Of a DNA stretch of 64,000 nt, positions 28,666 to 41,382 are shown piece by piece. The notes below the pieces were generated by a model. It was not told where the DNA came from. It made no database searches and saw nothing but the letters and a program-made list of their open reading frames with translations. How positions within the stretch are numbered: position 1 is the first letter of the stretch; each line of letters begins with the position of its first letter. The stretch comes from Chrysomallon squamiferum (lineage: Eukaryota; Animalia; Mollusca), in assembly GCA_012295275.1 (NCBI GenBank), contig CM022679.1, forward strand, positions 14,012,001 to 14,076,000. Direction: 5' to 3'. The position numbers and the translations under genes were made by a program.

Positions 28666-30027
28666 TTAGTAAAACATCAGTAGTAATAACATAACACATA
28701 TAATCAGATTTGTGTAAAAAGATTTATTTAAACTTTACATCAACAACTGTATCAGGAGAAAGCTGTAGATTAAAGATTAGAACATTTGCTTGAGGCATGA
28801 AAGGTTTTAAGGTCAATTATCTTTAGTCAACCATTTGGATTACTTCCTGTTTCAGTCAGTTGATGCCTGGTTATTAAAACCGGTATGTGCTGCACTGTAA
28901 AGAGATAGGTTTTATAAAGGAAATCTTGCAAATGAATGTTAGCAGAAACCCAAGAAACAATAGCTATTAAGTCTTTTTTTATTCTCTTTCTCAACAATAC
29001 CTGTACAAAAAGTAACTGCTTAGTTTTTAATAACTGTAAAATACCAGTTTTTAATAACTGTTAACATCTATTTTTGAAATTATCACTACTGTTCTTTGTT
29101 TTGTTTTGTTTTCACAATATAAAAATACTGATACACCATCTCTCTTTCTTTCACATCCACACCCAAAAACATTTTTTGCATTCTTTGATACAGAAAAAAA
29201 AAAAAAAAAAAAAAAAAATAAAAAAATGTCTTCAGCCATTTCCCAAAATGTCTTCAGAAGTTAATACCAGCTGCAATGGAGGGGAATGATTTTTTTTCAA
29301 AGGTGGGATAAAGGGCAAAAGAAAGGAGGCTGGGGGATGATGGAAGGATGGGGGAGAAAGAACCATGGGGGGTGTCTTCTGGTCTGTGCTCTTTTTGAAT
29401 GTGGAGTTATGTTACACTTCTCACTGGATGTGGAACTATGTCAGAGCCCTCTGCTGAAGATAAATGTCTTCATGTCTTTGGCAAAATTACTTCCAAGAAG
29501 CCAAACTGTGGTTTATTGCTGAGGGGCCCTTTTGGGGTCGATAACACGAGATAATTGGTCTTGCGATGAAGGGAAGCACTGGTGTGTGAGTGGAATACTT
29601 CCACTGGTCAGTGTAAACAATGAACAGGAACGAGATTTCTCAGTCATCCAATAAAAGTGAGCTTTTTGTCACAGCTTGGGAAAGTGAAAACACCACCAGT
29701 GGGGTTTATCAAAGTCAGATAGATGTAAAGTAAATAATTTCTAATTCATGTGGGATTTTTTTTTTTTTTTTTTTTTTTCTCTGTGTGTGTGTGAGTGTTG
29801 TGGGGGTTGAAAAACGAATAATTTTTTTGGTTTTGTTTTTATTTATGTTTTTATAATATTATTTTATTATTATTATTATTTTAAAATTCTTTATTGATTT
29901 TTAAAATTATTTATTATTTATTTATTTATATTTATCTTATTATTATTTTTTACAAGATTTAATGTGTCTTAAATAGTTTCCTTATTATTTTTAGAATGAT
30001 CAGATCTAACTGTAGTAAATTATCCCA

Positions 30028-30056
30028 TGTGTGTATAAAAGATCCCTTGCTGCCTT
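30028..30056 (+). mobile_element. Isolated MetaSINE-core-like remnant
   Basis: GTGTATAAAAGATCCCTTGCTGC matches the recalled core GCATATAAAAGATCCCTTGCTGC. Confidence 0.4.
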
Positions 30057-30471
30057 TTGTCAATTGTAGTAGAAAATAGTAATAAAAGTAATAATTGTAA
30101 TTATGATGATGATGATGATGATAACTATAAAGCTGACATCTAACAGCTATTATTATACATACACACAGACATACATAGTTACATACATTCATACACACAT
30201 ATATACTTACATACATTCATACTCACATATATATATACATACATACATGCATGCACACACATACATATGCATGCAAACATACATAGATGCATATTTCCCT
30301 TCTTGTTTATGTTACCAGTGTTTATTTTTCTTATCCTTCTTATTCATTTTATTTATTATTTTCTATCTTTATATCAACCTCAACCTCAAATAATCTAATA
30401 GATATATCTAAATCAAAAATATCAAATTAAATTATATGTGTGTGTGTGTGTGTGTGTGAGCTTGAGTGAGT

Positions 30472-30505
<34 letters not shown>

Positions 30506-30939
30506 GATATGTGTATGTATGCAAGAATGTATGTATGTGTGTTTATTTTTATTTATTTATTTATTATTTATCATTATTATTTTTTTATATATATATATTT
30601 ATTTATTTACTTTATTTTTTATTTTTATTTTTTCCCCTCATTTAAACATATTTTAAAATATCAATTCTTCGACTACTTTTATCAATTTTTTTAAAGTAAT
30701 CATGTTTTCCTGTATCTGATGTGTGGCTACGTAGAGATATGTACATAGATAAGCAGATGTCTATGTAGGTTGGCAGTGATAGACTGATAGATGTATAGAC
30801 AGATAATCAGTGAGGAATTTGTGAGTATGGATGTACCAATAGCATCATTTAATAAGCTATGATAAAACAAATTAACGATTTTTAGGACATATTATATTAC
30901 GTAATTCGGTTTTGTTTTCAGTAATTCTTTAAAAATTTC

Positions 30940-31063
30940 AAATAATAATAATAAAAGTAATGTTAGTAGTAGTAGTAGTTGTTGTTGTTGTAATTGTAAT
31001 AGTAGTAGTAGTGTTGTTGTTGTAGTTGTAGTAGTTTTTGTTGCAGTGGTAGTAGTAGTTGTT

Positions 31064-31098
<35 letters not shown>

Positions 31099-31370
31099 TA
31101 TAGTAGTAGCTATAGTAGTAGCAGTAGTAGTTGCAGCAGCAGCAGTAGTCATAATAATACTATTAACAGTAATAATAATAATAGCATAACAATAACAACA
31201 ACAATAGCAACAACAATAATAATAATAATACTATTAATAATTGACAACAACAGTAACAACAACAACAACAATAATAATAACATATATATAAACAGATTAC
31301 AACAACAACAAATAAAAACAAAACAAACAAAAAACCAAAAAAAGAACAAAAAAACAAAACAAAAACCCAG
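30940..31370. repeat. Compound trinucleotide microsatellite (TAG/TTG/GCA then AAT/AAC)
   Basis: Directly visible. Confidence 0.95.
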
Positions 31371-33575
31371 CCGTTATATGTTCATTGCTTACACAACAAA
31401 CATTTATTAGTTTTCATTTTAACACACCATATGCTGTGTCAATCTTTTTGTTGTTTGTTGTTGCAGTGTATTGTTATTACTTAGGATGATGTGTCTGCAA
31501 ATTGATGTTATTGCTCTTCATAACCTGTTAGCGACACAGTAGCAGTTGAAACACAGCGAAACGTTCTCCAGCAGATATGTGTTCCATTGATAGAGATGTT
31601 TTCAAAATGCTAGCTTTAAGTTAATTCTGTTTACCAATTGTTATTAATGCTATTAATACCTCGGCGGGGGCCCTCTTAGGGTAAGTCTGATTTGTGATAT
31701 TTTGCGGTGTATTACTTGGAAACTGCAGTATTTTTAAAGAGACAATAATAATGATGATAATGATGATGATGATGATGATAATGATAATGATAATGATGAT
31801 GATGATTATGATAACAGTAAAAAGAAAAAGAAGTAGAAAATTTGGGGTGCTGATCATGGGGGTGTCATAACAAAGATAATAACAAATGTGATATAAGTCT
31901 CTGATTTTGTTCTGTTTCAGGGTAGGTACTTCTTAGCAAAGTAATTTATCAAGACCGAAACCTGCTTATTAGGAGAAAATTTTTATCTTTTCCAGAAAAT
32001 TCTTTGAGACGGTTTGTAGATAATTTTTAACCCACGGGGTTATTTATAAAATGAAGAATGTTGAAGCATGCCTTTCATGGACCTTATCTCTGACTTTGCG
32101 TCTGTTGACACTGGAATTCCACTTTTCATTTCAGTTGCTTTGTTTGTGTTTGGAAACAAATGAAAATCACTGTTATCTGAATTAGCTGGCTTGCAAGAGA
32201 TTTAAAGAAGTCTTGAGGTCAAAGCAAGCTATCTTTTGTAAAAAAAAAAACCTTCTGTTCCTAGCTGTGATAAAAATCAAACAATTAATCACCATTTGTC
32301 TGCTGCGAAACCTGGCCAGTTATCTCCCTTGAATGGGAGCAAGCATCTCTTTTACAAATTAGTTTATCCACTTAGAGCGTGCTGCTGTTTTTCTGGCTCT
32401 GCTAAATGCGAGGTGCTGAAATGCTGCTTTGGTTTAACAAGAGTGTGCTGAAATAAAGAAAATAAACAGCCTCACAGAGAGAGAGAGAGAGAGAGAAATG
32501 AGATGGACTGTCAGTACATGCAGGGTGATGGGGCATGATTCACAAGTCCAGTGCTTGACACCATTTTGTTGAAGAATTTTTTTATAAACAATTTTTTTTT
32601 TTTTTTTTTTTTCAGGACCTGGTTCAGTTTTAGATTACTTGTGATGGTTTTTTTTTTGGATGTGGGGTAAATGTTTAGTAAAGTTGAAGAAGAGCATCAG
32701 GAAATGTAAATAAGCTTTTGTAACAAAATCATTCACAGTATCAGTAGAACGCCGTTTGGTCTCTTGGAAAGGATCTGGTGTTAAAGTCAAAGGGAGGAGG
32801 GTTGTTAGAGATTAATGGGAGAGAAAAATATAAATAAAAGATATTAATTGTTCCTGGGTCAGGTTTGAGGAGAGGGATTTTGCAAGGAAGGAGCCGAGAT
32901 ATGGGATAATAGATTGAGGGACGTGTAAATTGAGAGATATTATTTCAGACTCTTTCAAAGTGTCATGTAATTTCTGCTCTGCAAACAGACCAAGTTATGG
33001 ATTTTAGGGGAGAGGTTGTAAGGGAGATGAAGCTTATGCAGAAATACAAAGGAAATGGCAATAACATGATGATAGAATATCAAGAAGATGTGTCAGATCA
33101 CAAATAATTTTCTAACACATCATTTACTTCAATGTTAGAATGATGCAGGATCAGTTTTCAGGGGAGAATTGTGATGACAAGAGGGTAAATAAGAAGTGTT
33201 TAATAACAAGTTAAGTCACATGCTTGCTGTCAGGCCTGATTTTTCTCCAAATCTGGAAAACCAGTCAGTATCAATTTTCACAGCCAGGGTACAGGGTAAA
33301 AGACCTGTCAGGATATGATTTGTGATCAGGTTACAGGGTAATGTTTATGTTAGCACTGAAGAATAAGGTTTAGATTAAGATTACAAGATAAGATTCATGG
33401 TAAGGATACAAGGTAAGGCTGATGTTGAGGTTACAGGGTAAGTTTTCTAGCACAGTTGCAGGGTAATCTTTATGTTATGGTTAAAGATTATCATTGTTTC
33501 TAGAAAAATCAAATCAAGAGCAATGAATGGAATGGGAAATAGTGTAACAAGTGAATATTTAGATACATGCATAGA

Positions 33576-33632
<57 letters not shown>

Positions 33633-33647
33633 AAACACACAAACACA

Positions 33648-33682
<35 letters not shown>

Positions 33683-34569
33683 ATGTGTGTAATTGCTAGG
33701 TAAGTATCATATAACCAGCAGGACTGTTGATGGTTGGTGATAAATAACGTAGGTAATTATACTTCGCAGCACATCAACAATATATAATCACATTTATTGT
33801 CATCTGATGGCACAGACATAAAAATAATGACATATTAGTTTATATTAATTCCAGCCCATTAAATCAAGTCTAATTGCGCTATCTATAGCCATCCGTTGAT
33901 CTGTGCGTGTGCGCCGCGGCGATGCAGTGAAATGCATTTTTTTTTTGTTTTGTGTGCACCACCCATCAGATACACTGGCAGGTTTGTCATTAATGACACG
34001 GGTCTCATAACACGCTTTTGTTTTTCCACATTAATTGAGCAGTAGCCACATGGTAATTAGTCGATAGCTTTTCTGCTTCCCAGGGATTTTATCAAGATTA
34101 GTTTTTGTTTTCAGCTTATTTCTATGCTTCTGTCACTGAGTGAGTGAGTGAGTGAGTGAGAGAGAGAGAGAGAGTGAGTAGTTAATGTAACCCACGTATA
34201 TGCCATCTGATTGAAAGATACGGCCAATATTGTCCATCTGGATAAACGTCAGGAAGCCTTCATGTGTAGCCATTATCATGTAAAGATATTAATTAGTATT
34301 GTGTACCTGAGACCATACACTTAGTGGCTGTTATAGAGTGAAGAAATCAGTTTTTCTTCTGTGTCTGCGAATGAAGGCAGATCGGGTAATTATTTTGCGA
34401 GTGTGACAGGTTCCAATTGTCTACCACTGAAAGCTGATATGGTAATTATGAGTGTGACAAGTTGTTATTGTTTACATGGGAAGACAGATATTTTATGATC
34501 ATAACAGCTTGTTGTTGCTGAATGAAGAAGAGAACGAAGGTTTTTGTCTGAGTATTGCAGTGTTGTGAA

Positions 34570-34960
34570 GAAAAGGCAAATTTTAAATAATGATCGCAAA
34601 ATTTCTTACTGTTTACAAGAGAAGGCAAATTTTATATGAGTGTGACTGTTACTGTTTACAAGGACAAGTAGATTTTTTTTTTTATGAATATAATTGATTG
34701 TTTACAAGAGAAGGCAGATTTTGTACAAGTATAAAATTTATTGTTTACAAGAAAAAGCAGATTTTAAATGAGTATAAAAATGTGTTATTGTGTACAAGAC
34801 AAGGCATATTCTAGATGAATATGACAATTTGTTATTATTTACAAGACAAGGCATATTTTATATGAATATGACAATTTGTTATTATTTACAAGAAAAGGCA
34901 GATTTTAAATGAGTATAAAAATTTGTTATTGTTTACAAGACAAGGCATATTTTATATCAG
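34570..34960. repeat. ~45-52-bp minisatellite (tgtttacaagacaaggcagattttatatga)
   Basis: About 8 copies. Confidence 0.88.
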
Positions 34961-37900
34961 CCTGACCATTTTTTACTGCCTTTTAGAGAAAAAGATACAT
35001 GGTAATTATCAGTATAATTCTGTGATATGAGTTATTAGTGAAATCTGTTTACCAGACTAAGCAGATTTGTAAATTATTTATGACTTTGACAGTTTTTTTT
35101 ATTGTTTACAGGCAACGACTGGCTTGTAATGATGACAGTGTTATTGTCTCTAAGAGAAAAAGATATAGTGATTACCAGTATCAATATGACAGCTGTTTTA
35201 TCTGTTAAGAGAAATTTGTTATTGTTTGCTAGAGAAAACAGATCTGTTAACAGTTTTATTAATACGACAGCTTATTGATTATTAACCACATGTGTTACAG
35301 AGTTAAAATAAAAGCAAAAATTTGTATTGATGTTTACTTAGACGACTGTTATTACAGTCTTTATATTATTTGCAAGTAAAAGGAATTTAAAAATTAAGAA
35401 AATCTTTCAAGTTCATTTAAACAAAATTGCATGATTATTACAAATTCTTTTTATTTGGTGTAAACTAAATCGAATTCGAAATCGTTAATCTGTTTTCATT
35501 CTTTTAGATATTTCTTACATATTCTGCTAGGAAGAATAAATAACACAGATAAGATGAAACAACATATATTGAAAAATAAATGATCTGGGAACTGAAAAGG
35601 GTTAATATTGTGACTGATTGGACTTCTCAGACGAGACCTTTGTCGCGATGCGGCAGTGATACAAACAGATATGTTTGTGAAAAATAATGTTCTAGTTTCG
35701 TTTACTGCGAGCATGAAACCCCGCTGAAACCCTGCTGATCAATAATCTATTTAGTCCCAACAATAGCGCTGTGAACGGCGTTGCACCAGCAGCTTCAACA
35801 TGTTGCCAGTGTCATTGTGCGAGTTAGATCGACGTTCATTGTAAATCACTTAACGCAGATCACACACTGTTCATACACTGGTCGAAAATCACTGGCTCTC
35901 TCTCTCTCTCTCTCTCTGTATGTGTCCATTTGTCTGTCACTCCATCTGTCTGTCTGTCTGTCTGCTGGTACATGATGGATGTTGTCAACAGATAATCAAC
36001 AGGCTGTCTATCATTTGTGTCTGTCTGTCTGCAGCTTTTGTAAGCATGGCATTAATAACGGTTTGATTATAAAGCAAGATTAGTATATATAAATAGTCTA
36101 ATAAAGTGTGCGGTTTCTTTTTAATGCATTCATTTGCATTGAGAAAGAGAACAGCATTATTATAAATACTGTGGTTAAATAAGGCATATGTGTCACTGGA
36201 GTAACGTTGCAAAAAATAATATTAATTTTTTTTCGAGAAATTTTATTTTTAATACAAAAATCAATTTATGTAAATAAAAAAAAGAAGTTATTTTGGGGAA
36301 TATTTTTTTTTTAAACTATAATTAATAAATATTTTTTAATTAAATAATTGATTTCATAAAAAGAAAATGTGTATTTATAACTAAGCTATAAATTTAACAT
36401 TTAAATGTTTTATTGTTTGTTTCTTATTACTAATTTAAAAAATTAATAATAAACAAATGCTTTGTTGACTTCAAAAGTTAAAGAAATGATAAATTTATAT
36501 GAAATTAACTTACTCGCATAGTGAATATGTGAACAACAAAATGTATAAAATGCTTTTATATTTGTGGTTTTAACTGATAAAGTATTTATTTTGTAATATT
36601 TAATCTTTAATTTTTATTTCTATTTCATTTATTTTTTATTTCCAAATTTTTTCTCTGTATTTGTATACTTAAATTTGTATGTTTATTTATCTATGTTTGT
36701 CTGACTCTCACTTTTCCTGTCTTTTTCTCTGTCAGTCTGTCTGTTTATGTGTCTACATGTCTACACATCTATCATCTTTAATTTTCTCTTATTCTTTTTT
36801 CTTTCTTTCTTTTTTCTTCAATTCTTTCATTCATTCATTCTTACTTTTTTTTTTTTTTTGTACTTTCTCTTTCAGCCTTTCTGTTTCTCATTCATTCATT
36901 CTTTTTTCATTCATTTTTTCTTTCTATCTTTCTTTCTTTCTCTCCTTCTTTCACTCATTCTGTGATCTCTACTGTGGGATTTTCTTGTTTGAAACTGCCT
37001 TGTTGTTATGCCACAGAGAGAGGTCTGACCTCAGGGTTAATACACCTGTAAAACTTTTGTTCACAGCTAGAGTAAATAACCGAGGCAAAGACGACTTGTT
37101 TGTTACAATCAAATACGCAGGCTGTATTAAATATCCCTCCGTATTGTACTTTCTTTTTACTACGTATCTTGTTTTATTGGCTTATTTACCTCAGATGTGT
37201 GGCTGTGCATACATTACTCCTGTAATCAGTCTTTATTGCCAGTTTTCTCATCGAAAAACATATACATATGTGCGTATTTGTATATAACATGGATCGAAGG
37301 ATTTTTATGAGTAATTTTCAATTTTGTATTTTTAGTAAACAGTAAATAATATATTCTTCAGATATATATATTTTTTTATATATATTTACTGTGGTTTTAG
37401 AATGGTGAAGTTTTAATTTTATATTTTAAATACTTAAATTTATGTTTTTAATTGGTAAAATTTTAAAACAAATTAAAGGTTTATTATTATTTTGGAATGT
37501 AGTAAAGTTTTGAAGATATTTTTAATTTATTTTTTAAAAACTAGTATGACTGAACTGTTCCTTTAAAATTTTGATTGAATATTTTGAAGATGTTTTAAGT
37601 ATAATTTTGTTTTTATTTATATTTCTTTCAACTAGTAAATGTGTGATAAATTATTATTATTATTATTATTATTATTAATTAAATTATTATTTTACAGTCA
37701 TACATTGTAGTTAGCTGAATATGTTTTTTGAAATTATATATACATATCTATTAATTTTTTAGATTTGAATAATTTATAGAGATAGTAATCAATGTAAATT
37801 AAAGATTTGAAATACAGAAATTTAAAATTTCATTTGTTATTAACAATGTATTTTTATAAACGTACACATAATATATATTATGAATTATTTTTGAAACCTT

Positions 37901-38719
37901 TTATGTATAAGGATATTATGATTTTACATTCATACTTTTATATATTATTTCTAACTTCACAGCATACTGTGCAGTATTTCATACTTTTTTTTAATGTATT
38001 TAATTTAATTTATATATTTTATACATTTTTGTGATCTTTTGACATCATATTCTCATATGTATACAATACACAAGCATATTAAGTGAATATATTTTGTTAC
38101 ATATTCAGTATTATTATCACTTTACATAGATGTGTTAGACATTAAACATTTATGGATATAATAACTTACACATACTGCATATATTTTTTACTGGTCTTTT
38201 TATATGTCATATCTGATTTGCCTATGTAAAAACCATCTTTCCACATCAAATATGTACATGGTCTATAAGATTTTAAAACTCAGATATTTTAATATAACAA
38301 CATTTTAATGCATCACAACAGAAATGGAATATTTTATGTATATTTTATACATAAATTACACATGTAATCATTTAATAAGATTTGAATAACACAGATGGTT
38401 TAATATAATCCAATATTTTACAATATAAACAACAATGGACTATTTCTTACTGATATTTACAGTCAATTCAGCTTCTTCATTTTATAGATGTGTCATACAA
38501 TACAGCTATATATTAAAATTTCAACACTGTCTGATTGGTTTTTGGTTTTTTTTTTACCTTACATTACAGTGAACAGTGATTAATACAATATTCAAAATGT
38601 TTATTAATTATTATTTCTTGTTAAACTTTGAATTGAAAGTAGTGCCTATTTTACTGAATCCTTCCAATGTGTTAGGTAATGGGTTTAAATTTTATAGGTA
38701 ACTGGCTTGAAGAATTATA

Positions 38720-39290
38720 AACAAGATATTGTTTACACTTGTAACAAAATAGTCAAATTGTTTACCCTTTTATCAAGATAGCTATATAAATTATATTTAT
38801 TACATGACAGTTGAAATGTTGAAAACTTATAACAAAAAGTTGAATTGTTTACTACTTGTTATTATAATTAGATAGTTGGATCAATTACAGTTATAATATT
38901 TTGATGAAATGTTTACACTTAAATCAAAAGTGTTGAATGGTTTTCATTGATAGAAAGATTGCTGAATTGTTGACACTTATGACAAAATGGTTGAATTGTT
39001 TATAATTAAACTGCATAGTTGAAATGTTTACACTTGTAACAAGGTAGTTGAATTGTTGATACTTATGGCATTTATGGTTGAATTGTTTATAATTAAACTA
39101 CATAGTTGAAATGTTTACACTTATGGAATAGTTGAATTGTTGACACTTACCACATAATAGTTGAATTGTTTGTACATAAAACTAGGTAGTTGAATGGTTT
39201 ACACTTTTAACAATAAAGTTGAAATGTTTAAATTTATTTCAAGATAGTTAAATTGTTAAACTTATAACAAGATAATTAAATTGTTTGCAC
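38720..39290. repeat. ~28-bp degenerate minisatellite (atagttgaaatgtttacactta)
   Basis: About 18 copies. Confidence 0.85.
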
Positions 39291-39309
39291 TTTCTTGACT
39301 TTAATGTTT

Positions 39310-40035
39310 GATTTGATTCCGAAGCATGTTGAGTTGACTATTATTGACTGTGTACTTGATTCAGAAGGGTGTTGACTATTATTGACTGTATACTTGATTC
39401 AGAAGGGTGTTGAGTTGACTGTTATTGACTGTGTACATGATTCTGAAGGGTGTTGAGTTGACTATTATTGACTGTGTACATGATTCTGAAGGGTGTTGAC
39501 TATTATTGACTGTATACTTGATTCAGAAGGGTATTGAGTTGACTATTATTTACTGTGTACATGATTCTGAAGGGTGTTGACTATTATTGACTGTATACTT
39601 GATTCAGAAGGGTGTTGAGTTGACTATTATTGACTGTGTACATGATTCTGAAGGGTGTTGACTATTATTGACTGTATACTTGATTCAGAAGGGTATTGAG
39701 TTGACTATTATTGACTGTGTACATGATTCTGAAGGGTGTTGACTATTATTGACTGTATACTTGATTCAGAAGGGTGTTGAGTTGACTATTATTGACTGTG
39801 TACATGATTCTGAAGGGTGTTGACTATTATTGACTGTATACTTGATTCAGAAGGGTGTTGAGTTGACTATTATTGACTGTATACATGATTCTGAAGGGTG
39901 TTGACTATTATTGACTGTATACTTGATTCAGAAGGGTGTTGAGTTGACTATTATTGACTATGTACATGATTCTGAAGGGTGTTGACTATTATTGACTGTA
40001 TACTTGATTCAGAAGAGTGTTCAGTTGAATGTTAT
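39310..40035. repeat. Young minisatellite with an 81-bp higher-order unit (38+43 bp monomers)
   Basis: tgattctgaag recurs at exactly 81-bp intervals: 39481, 39562, 39643, 39724, 39805, 39886, 39967. Confidence 0.97.
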
Positions 40036-40279
40036 TGAATGTTTTTGACATGACAAATGTTTTGAGCTTTGTTGACTGCATACTTGATGTTTGACTTGAT
40101 TCAGATGGATTTTACTTTCTTCACAGTTGAAGACTACAGTTAAGCTGATGCTGAACAGTATTCTGTTTCCATTGCACTTTCTTGAATGTAGACTTCTTGT
40201 GTGCAGTGCATGCCTTTGCTTTATTTTTATTTAATGCCCATAAATCATAAATTTAAAATATTTTTTTCTTCTCTTTCAG

Positions 40280-40516
40280 ATGCTGAATTCTCATTTGAAC
40301 AAAATTGGATTTTTATCAGTTTCACAAATAAACAAGTGAAGAAATGTTTTTGCTTCTTTCCATGTGATCTTTAATATGGACCAATCACAGACAGTGTTAC
40401 ATTGATATGTGATTCCAAAAGGACCAATCAAAGACATTTTAACAGTAATATGTGATTCCGAAAAGGACCAGTTAGTGAGCTTTTGCATTAGGATGTGAGA
40501 GCTCAAAACTGCAAAA
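40280..40516 (+). other. ZMIZ1: Probable 5'-UTR part of the first coding exon, rich in upstream ATGs
   Basis: Strong polypyrimidine acceptor tttttttcttctctttcag ending at 40279. A weaker alternative AG (ttttgcattag) ends at 40491. Confidence 0.6.
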
Positions 40517-40588
40517 ATGACTTTGATGCATAATGATATGGATCGACATATCACCCAGACCAATGACCGACTGCTTTGTATAAAACAG
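40517..40588 (+). CDS. ZMIZ1: ZMIZ1 (zinc finger MIZ-type containing 1 / Zimp10) orthologue, first coding exon, MTLMHNDMDRHITQTNDRLLCIKQ
   Basis: Manual translation from ATG 40517, with an in-frame TGA upstream at 40496-40498. MDRHITQTNDRLLCIKQ matches the recalled vertebrate ZMIZ1 N-terminus MDRHIQQTNDRLQCIKQ at 15/17 positions. Ends at canonical CAG|GTGAGT, phase 0. Alternative in-frame ATGs at 40526 and 40538. Confidence 0.93.
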
Positions 40589-40985
40589 GTGAGTCCATTA
40601 TATCATACCTAGACTTTCTTCTGTCTTTTGTGTTTCATGCAGGTGAGTTAATTATAATGATATCTAGACTTTTTTTTATATTTTTATTTTAAACAGGATT
40701 GTTAGTTGTAATGATAAATATAGGTTTTTTTAAAAGTATTTTTAAGGTTTTGGTTTTTTTTTTCATCTCAGTTATAATGATAGTTAGATTTTTTTTTTTT
40801 TTTTTATAACATACAGGTGAGTTAGTTATAATGATACATAGACTTTCTTATGTCTTTTCTATATTACACAGCTGGATTAGTTATAATGATAAATAGACTT
40901 ACTTATGATTTTTTTTATTACTAACAGGTGAGATAAGTAAAATGATACATACACTTATTCGCAGGTTATTTACACAGGTAAATTA
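40586..40985 (+). repeat. ~55-bp tandem repeat whose unit begins with the exon's splice donor
   Basis: Unit caggtgagtt.gttataatgata..tagactt + T-rich tract. CAGGTGAG at 40586, 40640, 40814 and 40925; decayed units at 40694, ~40765 and 40869. Confidence 0.88.
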
Positions 40986-41033
40986 ATTAATTATCTGTAA
41001 TAAAAACATTTTCTCAGATCCACTGCTTAAAAG

Positions 41034-41066
<33 letters not shown>

Positions 41067-41350
41067 TATTATTAACCATATTATATTTACCGTGTTTATA
41101 AAAGATAATGCTTTGTCATCTTGAAATTTAGAATCTGATGGTTTAAAAGCTTTGTGTTAATTATCTGTTAAATACAGCTTGTTAGCTGACTACCTGGGGT
41201 TTAATACAGATAAGTTAATGACTGAGATTTGTTGATAGTGTGTAATACCAGTTTGTTAATTACTCAGATGTGTGGGTGTTCTAACGTTAATGTTTTTTTA
41301 AAAGGTAGTTAGTTAAATGAAATATGAGCATGTTGTGAAAAGTGAGCTAA

Positions 41351-41382
<32 letters not shown>

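Noticed and set aside
29300-29375. G-run cluster as a G-quadruplex
   Set aside because: Most loops are 13 nt or longer, so it is a weak candidate.
31905-32675. Strong acceptor-like sites (ttgttctgtttcag at 31920; T-tract-cag at 32615) as extra exons
   Set aside because: No coding homology and no convincingly paired donor; a UTR exon cannot be supported without RNA data.
36679-37287. Longest ORF (202 aa, +)
   Set aside because: Its first half is a CT/T-rich low-complexity tract that lacks stops by composition; no recognisable domain.
39310-40035. CRISPR-like regular array
   Set aside because: No unique spacers, no cas genes and a eukaryotic context; it is a head-to-tail minisatellite.
40291-40563. 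90-aa minus-strand ORF
   Set aside because: Antisense shadow of the ZMIZ1 exon; homology and splice signals are on the + strand.
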